Source: Girardia tigrina (lineage: Eukaryota). From it: a stretch of DNA of 64,000 bases. How positions within the stretch are numbered: position 1 is the first letter of the stretch; each line of letters begins with the position of its first letter. Both the position numbers and the translations under genes were made by a program. Below, one piece after another: positions 39,665 through 51,367 of the stretch. The notes below the pieces were generated by a model. The model was given only the letters and a program-made list of their open reading frames with translations, was not told where the DNA came from and did not search any database. The stretch covers positions 71,853 through 135,852 of the forward strand of contig MQRK01228128.1 in assembly GCA_001938485.1 (NCBI GenBank), written 5' to 3'.

Positions 39665-40948
39665 ATCCTAAAACAACATACCAAACAACACACAATAAAC
39701 ACCATTCAAAATATTCCTCACATTCATAAACTAACTTAATCTAAAAATATATATCTAAATACTTTATCAAAGTTATATGAGACTAACAAAAATAATTCTG
39801 TAGCATGAATATTTAAAACCACAATGGTTGCTGTTTTATTAATGTTTTATTAATTTAATTAATATGCATTTGTGGTAATTAAAATTTGTTAGTTTTATAA
39901 AAAGTTAGTTTAATAGGAATGTTTTTATTACTTATTTTAATTGTTTTAGATATTATTGGATTAAATTGCAAAATGTTTTTAAAATTTAATTAAAGATTTT
40001 AATATGGTTAACTTTGTGCACTTTAAATGTTTATAATTGGGTTTTTATGTTCTACAATAGTGTTTCGATTCACATTACGAGCGACTGTTCCACGAATCAT
40101 TATTGATCAGACACTACCACCCATTAATTAGCATTCAAAATCATAGAATAAAATCGGCTGCAAATCAAGTCTTACTCAAAAGGGTAAAAAAGAAGAAATT
40201 TTCAAGTCTAAATTGCTTGAATGCGCAAATTGGGAATACAACAATGATTGAATTATAACAAGCTCCGTCAATTGTAAACAGTCCGGCAATTTCAGTTCTA
40301 TTTTTAATAGCCCATAATTTTACCATTCCCAGTTAACAAACGAGTCCCCTCTTGCCCAGGTCTACAAAAACAGTGTCAGAGTATTGAAATTACTTATCTC
40401 ATTATTCACACTCGAACAGAACGATACTTTACCACGATTGAAACTCCTCTTTCCGTAAGCGAATTGGAAATTTTTTTTCATTTCAAATTTCAATCTAATG
40501 AATCAAATCCAAGTGGAAAATTACTTTTTCTTCGAAAGAAAAAATTTTTTTTTCCTCCTAACATTCAATTATGAATAATTGATCAATTAAAAACATCGAT
40601 TAATAATAGAGAAATTCAATTTAAAAATTATTTGCCTCATGTAGCAATTTATAGTAAGGGGATACGATAATTATTCGGAGCTGTATACGGTTTTCTGTCG
40701 AACTTAATATGTCTTTGCTGGTTATTCGGAGGCAGGGGGGCATGATTGTTTTACTTTATCTGTAATTGTTTACAATTATATTTATGCTATTTTCCTATAG
40801 ATATATACTTATATGTGTTTAGAAAATCTTTCCGTTAATTTAATTAATTTTCTATGATGTATTAAAGCCAAATTTGAGTTTTTGTTAATCGCCTGGCACT
40901 GCTTTTGTGGTTATAAAATATTTATTAATTATAAATGACCATTTAGAT

Positions 40949-41229
40949 CTGCGGTTCTCGAACTTTATTGAGTCACGAACCTTTTAATACATTTCCCAAT
41001 GTTGTGGCGTCCAGCAACTGCAAAATTATTTTTTTTCAATAGGCAACTGTACTTCAATAAGTAACTGTACTATTCCTACTCAATACTGTTATCGATCGTA
41101 ATGTAAATATTTGACATGCGGTAAAAAGAGTACAAACAAAAACACATTTTTTCAATGGCATTGGTCGACCCCTGACCAATCATCATTCGAGCTTCGACGG
41201 GGTCACGACTCACAGGTTGAGAACTACTG
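40949..41229. mobile_element. hAT (Charlie-like) MITE
   Basis: Termini CTGCGGTTCTCGAAC / GTTGAGAACTACTG and perfect 8-bp TSD ATTTAGAT. Confidence 0.85.
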
Positions 41230-42019
41230 ATTTAGATAATATCACTTCTTAAAATAATTACATTTTTATAATTCATTTAATTAATATAAATAATCACATC
41301 GATTAAAATACTCAATTTTGAAGATTTATTATTTTATTTATATTATTTGATTAAACCTTTAATTTCACTTTAGTTTTCTCCTTAACCCTAAAAATAAAGT
41401 TTAACAGAATAAAATCCTCTGTTAGTTTAGAAGTATATGTAATGTTTGAACTATTAGAAAACATTCCATTTCTTGATTTTGTATTAATACGTAGATGTAA
41501 AACAAGTACTACATAATTTTCATTGGTATTGTCATAAACTTCATCAGAAAAATACTTTTTAATACCAAATCATCAAAAAACATTATGTTGAAGTCAACGG
41601 CGAAGGAGTTACGTCTTCAAGAATTAATCTTTTCCATTATATACTCTTTAAAAGAATCTTTCAGCTCATATGAAGTAATGCTAATCTTTTCATACCTTCA
41701 AACATTTGAAAAGATTTTATTGAGAGGTCTGACTGTGTTTATATATTTTTTTTGTAAAATATAAAATGAATATATTATAAAAATTTTTGAAATTTATTTT
41801 TCATAATCTTTATTTTTATCACGTTGTAATTGCATTGAAATCGCGAAACAGTTTGTATGAACAAATATCCAGAATTCGTAAATGAACCTGTGGTGATCCA
41901 CAAATCAAAGGAATGTTGGCACAATATTATAAAGTTTCACAAATATAAGCTTCACGCAATAATTAAACATTAAAACAAAAAGAAATATTTATTGACTTTT
42001 CGATATTTATTATATTATA

Positions 42020-42960
42020 TTAGTAGGGATAAATGGGCATTTGGCCCCACGAACCCCCCCGGGGTTATCCGGAACCATGGAAACGGTCGCGATTATCATG
42101 GTAACGGTCTCGGTTACCATAGCAACTGTTCCGGTTACCATAGCAACGGTAACCAAGGCCTTAGTTACCATAGCAACAGTAACTGTAAAAGAGCTAACTG
42201 AAAACTTGTTTCAATGAACTCTTTTAACGTTTAAAAAAATATACAATAAATTTCTATTTTAATAAACTATAATAAATATAAATAACTAATATAGATGCCA
42301 CAAATATGTTCAGTGAAAAAGGAAACATGAATAGTGTTGTTTGTCAAATATTTGGGAAAATTGATATAATACCTTGACAATTCGAATAGTTATTTTATTT
42401 CACTTTATAGTTGTTTTACATCGCAAATTGCAGTTACTACATACTGCTCCTCGATATTTTCCAGTAAAATGACAATGGTCTTTGACTTTGTAATTGTCTT
42501 TTGTGAATGATTTTTCAAACAAGTAGCATTGTGTTGCCTTGTTCCATTCACATTTTTCTTGCCATGTCATTATCATGTTGAACTTGTGTTGAGGCAACAT
42601 GTCTTCAATTCTGTCGGCATAACTCTACATACGTTGCTTAAAATGTTCCGCTGCATTTTAGGAATGGCTCATTGTCAATACCCAATGCATACATACAGTA
42701 TGATGATAGTTCATGATACTGGTATACAGTCGTGCTGCTACGCTGTGGATCTGGATTGCACGTTTCGATTGGGCTTAGAATGGCTTCAAAGTCACAATAT
42801 ATGATTATAATATTATATGAATTCTGGCTATCCTCTTCATATAGGACAGATACCCATGCCGGAAAGAGATTCTGGATGCGCTCACACTGGATCAGGAACT
42901 CAATCCGTTTCCGAACCAGCTCCCACACTAGTTCACGGAGAGTGGGTGGTGAGCGGCTTT
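42020..42960 (-). mobile_element. Polinton/Maverick fragment: terminal region and protein-primed DNA polymerase B remnant
   Basis: IIYCDFEAIL...YQYHELSSY and KVKDHCHFTGKYRGAVCSNCNL are typical of Polinton pPolB. AGTAG-starting GC-rich terminus with short tandem repeats. Confidence 0.8.
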
Positions 42961-42968
42961 TTGCTATT

Positions 42969-43140
42969 CCCTAACCCTAACCTATAACCCTAAAACGGAA
43001 ATAATAAGTGTTGAATATTTCTTAATTATTTTGCAAAAAAATGATTGATCTTAAGGGGTATTTGTCACCGGGGGTTCGTATCTGTGGGGACGGTGTTGTC
43101 CGGCGGGTTTTTAACTAGGGAGTTGTTGATCTGTTCCCAA
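42969..43140. mobile_element. End of a non-autonomous element with CCCTAA repeats and G-rich modular subterminal repeats
   Basis: CCCTAACCCTAACCTATAACCCTAA followed by GGGG..TTTGTC-like units ending TGTTCCC. Confidence 0.45.
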
Positions 43141-43519
43141 AAAATGTGTATCTCTTTAAAAATTAAAAATCTAACGATGGATGAAAATCATTTTCTCTTA
43201 ATGTGTCCGAAAAAAGACGTGCATTTCAAGTGTTAAAGCTGGTGAAGAGTCTACAAATAAACATGATATTTGTTAACTTTGCTGCAACCAGTATTTGCAA
43301 AATAATGCCTCCTTCCATAGCAGTCGGTAGTCAATAATTACTGTCACCAATTGAAGATTGTCGCTTCACTTTGCACTTTATTGAAATGAAGGTTTAAAGA
43401 ATTTGGTATACATTTATTTGCCTGCAAACCATAAGACTTCTTCTTCAAAGCATTTTAACCCTTATTGTATACTGGAAAAGGTTGTTTATGTGGATTAAAA
43501 GTTTTTGTCTTTATAATAT

Positions 43520-43649
43520 GGGGTCATCCATAAACGACCTCACGCTGGAGGGTGGAGGGGGTTCAGAATTTTGTGACGAAGTGTGACGTTGGGGAAAGGG
43601 GGTTATGGAAATCTGCTAAAATCGCGTGACGTCATTTATGGACAGCCAC
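43520..43649. mobile_element. PIF/Harbinger-type MITE
   Basis: TIRs GGGGTCATCCATAAACGACCTCACG / CGTGACGTCATTTATGGACAGCCAC and 3-bp TSD TAT. Confidence 0.8.
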
Positions 43650-43954
43650 TATACTTGTTATAGAAAATAAATTTCATTTGAATACTAATTTCATTTGACC
43701 ATGTTTTTATAATGCTGACCATCTAAACAGTTTATTTTTATTTAATAATTCTACAAAATAAAGTTTTAAAATTATTTTTTGGCTATAGGAGACTTAAGAA
43801 CAAATTAAGTCTCAAATATACTATTTTTAATAAATATTATTCTTAATTAATTATTCTCAGGAAAAAAAATCAATACAAAATATAATTATGTCGTCAAGAA
43901 CAAAAAAACGAAAAATAATTAAAAATAATAAAAGATATTTGGTTTAATAATTTA

Positions 43955-43985
<31 letters not shown>

Positions 43986-45399
43986 ATTCTTTGACTGCCA
44001 TTTCGTCGTTTGAGTAATTTTCTTTCATTAAAATAAATTAATTTTTGTTTATGGATTTGAATATTTTATTAAAAATAAAAAATTAATTAAAATTCTTCAT
44101 ATAGTTTATGCATTTTAATAATATATAAAATATATTCATTGTATTTGAGGATTTTTTTTCCACCCATTTGCAGTTGTACGTCCCCGTGTTCTGGGACGAT
44201 ATTTCAGGAATTATTCCTTTGAAAGAAAGAATTCCATTATAAAAAATAGTTTTAATCATTAAATATTGATAAACAAAAAAAGATAGAAACAAAAAATTGA
44301 AAAAATATCTAATGTAAAGATAAAAAAGTTCATTAGAAATAAATTTTCAATTATAATAAATATTTTTTTTGTTTTAATTTAGTTACAATGTTTCATTATA
44401 TTGAAGTAAAATTATATTTTATATTTTTGAGATAAATCGTTTATCAATATTTTTACTTTTATTGTTATAATTTTTATCATCTTTAATTATTTATCTCGTT
44501 AAAAACATTGTTTTATATTTTCAATTCAGTCAAAGATGTTTAAAGTTTTGTTATAATACTGTTTGTCATAATCCTTTTTATTTTTTAAGTTTTAATTAGT
44601 TACTCTTTATCTTCATTGTTTCATTTGAAACTTAAGTGATTCAAGGTTATTATTTTCTCCGTTCCTTGATTGATACATTTTCTCTCTCTTCTTCTTTACA
44701 AAAGGTGCTTTTATAAGATGTATAAATATGACTCCATGTGTTCAGAAGTAGAAGGTCGGTTCGGACTGAATATCATCGAATTTGATATATTTGTGTATAT
44801 ATTATTAGAATTAAAAAATATTAAAAAATAAGATAAAATAAAAGTTTTTTTAATAAAGTTTTTTAATTATAAAAAGTAAAAAATGTATCAATTATGATAA
44901 AAAAATGTTGTTTAAAACTTGCTGCTTGCATTTTCAGTTGATTTAAAAAAGTTTTGGTATATACTGTTGTAAAAGTGTATTTAAAAATTGTAATAGATAG
45001 TTTTTTATTTGATTGAATTTCAATTGACTTCAATTATAAACTTTTACATATGAAAATTACGTAAATTTATTCCCAAAAAGTCATAAAAGATTTCAATAAC
45101 AACTGTAAAATAATTGATCTAGAAGATAAATGAAAAAATACAATGCTGTGTGGAAGATTCACAAAAGAACGAGAAACGGTCCTCCTTAGGGATAGAATTT
45201 GCGACCGTGGAGCTCGAGATGGGAAGAAGTAATTTTCGTTATCGTTGAAAGAGCGTATCGACTCGAGATGACAAATGTGACGAGAAGATTATGACTGGGA
45301 AAAAACTTGAAACCACACTAGTTCTCGGAAAATTTATCAAAAAATCACGCTCAACACCGTCCTTTATTTAATCCGATTTACTTATCTATACAATCTCTA

Positions 45400-45900
45400 A
45401 TGTCTTCACTTGAACTGACTTCACATTCGTAATGTCAGGATGAATAAGTTCGGTTATGTGAATAATTTTTAGCAGTTAAATAAACATGTGATATAAAAAA
45501 CCTTGTCTTGTCTATTCATCAATTCCGATCGTTTATTTTCATTCAGAGCTCCTTTTAAACGAACTAATTTTAGTTCATAACAGTTATCAATAATAGCTTT
45601 AAAAGATTCCAATTGCTTCAAATATATATCACCTGTCTGATCGCAAAGAAAGCAAGAACGATTTTGTTTTTCGATTGTACCGACCATTGTCGTCCGGGCA
45701 TTCGAATCCATTGCAAGAAAATGTCCCGGGATAATCCTTCGACAAACGTTTCTTCCAGATGTTATTAATTTTGAATAATTCTAATTATTTTTCTACAATT
45801 TAAGAATGTTTTCAAATTTTTAGCTTCCGTAGTAATGTTTTTTCAATGGTTGGTTTAACAAAAGTTTCTACTGAAAAGTTTCGGATTATTTGAATAAGTG
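45400..45900 (-). mobile_element. Decayed mariner fragment
   Basis: IIDNCYELKLVRLKGALNENKRSELMNRQDKV resembles the mariner segment preceding HDNARPH. Confidence 0.6.
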
Positions 45901-45920
45901 TTCATTTCAAAGAGTTATCG

Positions 45921-46058
45921 TTAATCAATGAGAAAAAATTTTGAAATTTTAAAACGATTGTAGTGAACCATTGTATATTTTGTTTTTGCGTGTTTGCCTG
46001 TGCTGGAGCTACTATTGTTGTTGTTGATTCCTGCCGCCGTTTCGTTTGGCGCGTTAAT
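45921..46058 (-). CDS. Possible terminal coding exon of the Ski/Sno gene
   Basis: GC-richer patch with a CAG acceptor after a T-rich tract. Phase-0 open frame INAPNETAAGINNNNSSSSTGKHAKTKY... to TAA. Alternative short-intron endings near 47100 cannot be excluded. Confidence 0.35.
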   Translation of the reverse strand: MNAPNETAAGINNNNSSSSTGKHAKTKYTMVHYNRFKISKFFLID

Positions 46059-47147
46059 CTGCTCATTAATACATGTGGCATAATGAAAAAACAATAATAA
46101 AAAAAATCGATGAATATTGATGAATATTTTGACAATAATTAATTATCGTCCAAAGTCAACTGCCGACTCAATTCTTTTACTTGGAATTTAATGTAAATGA
46201 TTTTTTATGGTCTGTGATTATTTTTTGTATTTGTTATTTTTTTGTTAATTAACTAATATAGTTTTATTTGTTATAGGCGTTATTTTATTTTGTATTTTTT
46301 TTATTTTTTTACTTGTAAAGCCTTTATTTAAAATTAGCGACAAATAAAGGTTTTACAACGATGAAAAATTAGGGTAAGCTTATCAATTGATTTTCAAGGA
46401 AATTAAAATAAATGAGGTATGGTTCATGTTTGCTTTGCTCCATGCTCGGTGAATCGCCTCGGTAAATTTTCATTTCATGTATAGAAATATTTTGTAAATT
46501 AAATTAAGTATAAAGAAAAACTCAATTAATGTTTTTCTATTTAAAATAGTAATTTTTGTGACGTATTGTAACGTTCCTCGATTTATTTTATCACACAAGA
46601 TTCCGGTTTAACGCCTTGAGTTTAATGAATAGTCTATTCGCTATGATGTCCCGACAAATCCACTTTATCAACCGCCTCATCAATAAATTCATCAATTGAA
46701 TCTTCAACAGCAATAAAATGATCAGTCTTCATATCATCAAAATGTTGTCAAACCTATCATCGAGTAAAATAGTTTCGGAACCCTCGTTCAGTAAATCAGG
46801 ATCTACATTAACCCCCCATAATTCTACGTAGAAACCAAACTCGTATTAAGTGGTACCAGAAATCATTCTTCATTTTTTTTAAATTTCAAATTCACACAAG
46901 TTTCATTCATAATAAAAGAATCAATTTTTTAATGACAACATTTAACACATTTTTTTAATTTCTTGGTCTCATGTTTTAAGTCCCCTATCGTAAAGGTATG
47001 ACAGAATGATATCATAGATCACTAAAACATATATTGCTTGGATTATGAGGGGACGTTTTCATCTAAATTGTACTTTAATTATCTTTAAAATTAAACGACT
47101 GCAACTATACATCTACAAATCAATACGAAAAAGAATAAAAATAATAC

Positions 47148-47320
47148 TCGAATAAGCTCCTGCCTCTCTGAGATTAGCGTCGACAGTTGTTGGTGGTGCT
47201 CCTGTCTCAGCATGAAGAGGGTATTAATCAACTGGTTCCGGTCGTCGGAATTTTCAAGATGATTGTTGCAGATTCTCATGATACATTGCTGGAAGATGGA
47301 GCTCGAGTTTTGTAGGTCTA
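47148..47320 (-). CDS. ski: Ski/Sno gene exon 4 (helical, coiled-coil-like C-terminal region)
   Basis: Tandem AAG/TAG acceptor (start 47320 or 47317), phase-compatible with exon 3. Reads DLQNSSSIFQQCIMRICNNHLENSDDRNQLINTLFMLRQEHHQQLSTLISERQELIR. Donor CGA|GTATTA. Confidence 0.75.
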
Positions 47321-47709
47321 CTTTAAATATTAATTAATTTTTTGTTTCAATTACTTGTTCAATCATCTTTAATTATAATCAATAAAAATCTTTTCTTCGA
47401 AAATTAATTATAAAAAAACACATTTACAAATGAAAATTATTTAATTGATTAATTAAAAAAAATATATAAATATTTTTTTTTGTAAAAAATAATTTCCTTT
47501 TCTATTTAATAATAATTTGTTTTAATTATTTTTTAAATTAATTGATTAATTTAAATGTTATAAGTTGTTAATCAAAAATTATTAAGTGTTTAACTGATAA
47601 TCAATTTTTGCAATTGATAACAAGAAAATAATAATTAAGAAAAATATTTTTTAGGCAGTTTTATTATTTTATTTATATTTTTTCAAAAAAATGGAAAAAC
47701 AAGAATTAC

Positions 47710-47813
47710 TTTTATTTAATCCGTCTGTGGGACTGAGAGAGGTTGGAGTTGGCATTGATGGGGATGTGTTGAATGAGCAACTGTCGGACGGAGTTTGTTG
47801 GTCATGATCATTG
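47710..47813 (-). CDS. ski: Ski/Sno gene exon 3 (Ser/Pro/Thr-rich linker)
   Basis: Acceptor catttAG and donor A|GTAATT. The 104 nt fit phase 2 in and phase 1 out, reading CNDHDQQTPSDSCSFNTSPSMPTPTSLSPTDGLNK. Confidence 0.8.
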
Positions 47814-48085
47814 CTAAATGACATGAATACAAATAAATATAAATAGAGTATCCATTTATAAAAGAAATGAGATAATGATCATGTCGTCATTTTGAAAAGA
47901 AACTAATAAAATCTTTAGAAAGCTTTTCTTTCTTCCTCGTCATTAAGCTATACTTTTAAAATAAGAGAACAATAAGCAATTATGCCTAGCTATAGAAGCT
48001 GAGAGTTACTAATGAGTAGTGTCTCATTAAAACACGGCCGTAGGACATCATTAAAAATGAATGAGAGATAAAATCAAAATCTTAC

Positions 48086-48649
48086 CAAATAGTCAGAGAG
48101 TCATATGCAGGATGAATGAAACGATTTTTGATTTCAGTCAGATAATCATTCAAACTTTTTTCCTCTTCCGCCGTTCGGCTGGGATCTTCCGCTAGACGAA
48201 GATATAATCTCCAATTACTTGATATAAATCCCCAGTGGCATGTAGACATTTCAGATTCTAATCCACTTTGATTGTGAGTATGTCCCACGAAATCTGACGG
48301 CGAAAACCAACTTCCACAATCAAAGCATTCAATGCATTGAGCATCATTATTAGTACATAACTGAGGCATTAAAATGCCTTTTTGCTGCCCGAAGCAATCG
48401 TGAACTACTCGGATTTGGTGGCGATATTTAATTGGTATGAAATAATTTTCCGTGAGATGTTGATTAGAAATTGTTTGAGTTAATTTAAATATTTTGCAAA
48501 GTCTTTCGGCATTCGACTGAGAAATCAGACCGCATCGAGTGGTTTTCGGGGGAATAATATGGTTGTGATGAAGTATTTCTAATTTTATGGGGCTGCATTC
48601 CGTGAGAATTATCCCTAATTTTTCCATGGTCAACTTGATTTTTTGGAAA
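48086..48649 (-). CDS. ski: Ski/Sno family co-repressor, exon 2 (rest of DHD plus SAND-like Smad4-binding domain)
   Basis: Acceptor tttatattcAG at 48651-48650. Encodes FQKIKLTMEKLGIILTECSPIKLEIL...CGLISQSNAERLC (DHD) and VVHDCFG...CIECFDC...FVGHTH...TCHWGF..NWRLYL (c-Ski SAND-like domain). Donor TG|GTAAG. Confidence 0.95.
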
Positions 48650-48744
48650 CTGAATATAAAAAAAAATATTTCAATGAAAGACGAAAAATATAAATTTATT
48701 TTATTTAAAAAATAACAAAATCTTTTATAAAACAATAAGAACGA

Positions 48745-49189
48745 CATTTTATTATATTTTTTTATAATATATTTCGACGGTTTTACCGTAATCTTCAGAG
48801 AACTGATTATAGCTACTTTACGTCAATAGGTGATTGTGTAATATATTATGTAAAATCAATTAACAACTACTTGTAAAATACTTGCACAAAATTTTGAAAT
48901 CACTTAAACTTAAGTTTAATGTTTAGGTTTGACAAATCTTAAAGAAACAAATAATCCTTTAAATGTAAAAATTATATCTCAGTCACTTAAGTATTGTATC
49001 ACCTTCTCCTTGAGCCTGTATTCGAACTTAATTTATAAAAATACCTAATTGGCACAATACAATATACATTGGGGACACTGTCCGTTGTCTCTGCTAACGA
49101 GGGGGTAATGGTAATGTTACACAGTAAAAATTATTAAATCAATGTTCAAACGGCACTTTCAACCAATTCGTTAGTCGAATATTTTTTAA

Positions 49190-49190
<1 letters not shown>
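48745..49190 (-). mobile_element. Penelope-like 3' remnant in Ski intron 1
   Basis: FEYRLKE and DFKILCK GIY-YIG remnants, ending in a hammerhead motif and AATAAA like the element at 120-935. Confidence 0.7.
48762..48803 (-). ncRNA. Minimal hammerhead ribozyme motif (degenerate)
   Basis: Minus strand CTGAAGA-T-TACGG(TAAAA)CCGTC-GAAA-TATATT. Confidence 0.6.
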
Positions 49191-49222
<32 letters not shown>

Positions 49223-49869
49223 ATCTCATGACGTTAATATCATCGAAATATTTATTTATTTATATTATATTATATTTTAGATATTTTTTAAATATTATTT
49301 CTTTAAGGTAAAATCATTGGAAAAAAAATAAATCCCTACAAACGAATATTAAAATGTGTTTAAAATTTTATTTAATTTAATGAAAAATTTGGAATTATTT
49401 GTGGTTTTTCGTTTTATTTAAGCAATAAAATTTTCTAAAATTATAAGTTCTGTCAATCTCTATTTACTCAATCAACTGACAGATGAAAATGGGAATGTCA
49501 GCCTCAAATTCAGTTGCTAGCTATCAAGTGGATGTTGTAAACCACAGTAAAGAGCATGGAGATATTAGAAATGTCACTTAGGATTTTAAATATTTAAACA
49601 AAATTTTTCTGGTAATTCTTTCAGCTCTCAATAAATGAAGAGGTCATCGAAATTCAACTTATTAAGACTTCTTTTCTATTAAAAATAGCTAATTTTATTT
49701 AATTTTTTATAAAGTTGAAAGTATTTTACAATAGATATGATAATAGAAAAATCAGTGTATAGTTTTATTATTTTTTTCGATAATAATTTTATGTAGTATA
49801 AATCAACTTTCTTATCCTAACTGATCTGAAAGCCGCCCGCTATAAAACAAATTATAAAATGGTTGTTAC

Positions 49870-51000
49870 ATTGATATACGTGGTTTTTTTAATAATCACT
49901 CAAACTGGCAACGAAAATGAATTCCAAAAAGACCATTTTTGAACACACCAAGCTTACCATGTGTAGGCGTCCTTTTAAAACATAGTGTCCATTTCGCTAT
50001 ACACACTTCAGAAATCGGATAATGAACTCAAAAAACGCGTTTTTTGAAAAATTTATGGGTGGCATAAGGCGAAGAAATCCAAAATGGTAACCTTCAAATC
50101 GTCATTGGATCAGAACTGGATGCATCTTGAGGTGTTTGAAGAGGTAAAAATCACTCAATGTAAAATCTAGGCTGTATGGTGGATGATCCAAAAACCCTAG
50201 TCCTGCACCTTCATATGTGGCACAAGAAATGTCTGATATTTGCACTGGCACATTTTCGTAGAGACAACATAGTCGCACGTACTTCTGATTCGGTATATTC
50301 GTTCTATTCTGTTGTCTGGAGTAGGCAGCGTTGATGGCGATGCCTTTATCCTAAAAATCTATGAGAATAACAACTTTATGATCCCAAACAATTGAAAGCA
50401 TGATCGTTCGTCCATGACTTGTCTCCATTTGCATCTTCAACGATGGCTTCTGTCTAGATAGTTTCCTCTCTGCTGACTCACGCTTTGTTTCTGGCAGATA
50501 CATACAAAGTAGGGTTTCATCCTCTGTAATTACATTGCGATTGTTGAAATGAAAGTTAACTGTGTGATATTTAGCTGATTTAAAGTCGGTAACCTTCACC
50601 AGACAGAAGCACACTTGAACATTTGATGAAAAGGTTTATAGAAAGAATCTTTAAACGATCAATCAGAAAGGTCAACGTTTAGAGAACGTTATTCACGTTA
50701 TTCCATGAACCCCAAGAAATCATAACGACGTGAATCCTCACAGATGTTCACAAGATTCTGAAAAAACAATTACATAGACGCACTTTCGTGTTGACCGGTT
50801 TTGACTGATTCCTTGGATACCATGTTCGTCGATATTTGCTTGACGAAATGTTTTTCTTTGGGTACATCTTAAAGCTGTGGTCGGTGAGTCATTGTCATAC
50901 TTGTTTTGAAAGAACTAAGAAATGGAATTGAACTCGCCATTAAAGAAACTTATAAAAGACAATTTGGAATTGTTTTTTTGGAAATGAGAAAGCAATTCGT
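49870..51000 (-). mobile_element. Decayed mariner element in Ski intron 1
   Basis: VITEDET, IMLSIVWDHKVVILIDF and HPPYSLDFTLSDFYLFKHLK. Confidence 0.8.
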
Positions 51001-51135
51001 ACAATTTGTCATCTAAGAATTTAACATCTAAGATGTATGGTACGCTAAATCCCGAAGTTTTGTGGTCCATATATTTCGGGTTTCCTTCTAACATGATCCC
51101 TGGATCCCAGCACCAGTTCCGGGTTTTTAATTTAA

Positions 51136-51367
51136 CCCTTTCCTGGCTGAATTAAGAATTAATATGCTGTATATATACACTGAAATGTAGTAAAATATAT
51201 GCGAAAGCAGTAAAGTAATTAGAGTAAAAATTTAATTGACAACAAATATATCTTATCGATCTTCCTTATCGATCTAAATAAAAAATGTTATCCCTATTCA
51301 TTCATAGATGGCTATACAAGTCTGATATATATTATGATTCCATATGACATCAATAGTCAGTAAAGGG
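51136..51367. mobile_element. piggyBac-type MITE
   Basis: TTAA TSD on both sides and TIR CCCTTT(C/A)CTG(G/A)CT. Confidence 0.8.

Noticed and set aside
40055-40125. Possible type III hammerhead on the minus strand (TAGTGTC...GAAACACTA)
   Set aside because: Stem III and a GUC site are present, but there is no correctly placed CUGANGA box, and the homologous copy near 35815 lacks the pairing.
42969-42993. Telomere or telomerase-related CCCTAA repeats
   Set aside because: Only about 3 imperfect units embedded in a TE-like end.
46400-46480. GC-richer patch as an extra Ski exon
   Set aside because: No suitable AG acceptor on the minus strand in an open frame.
48650-48747. N-terminal part of the 221-aa ORF as protein sequence
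   Set aside because: It is the polypyrimidine/intron region upstream of the exon 2 acceptor.
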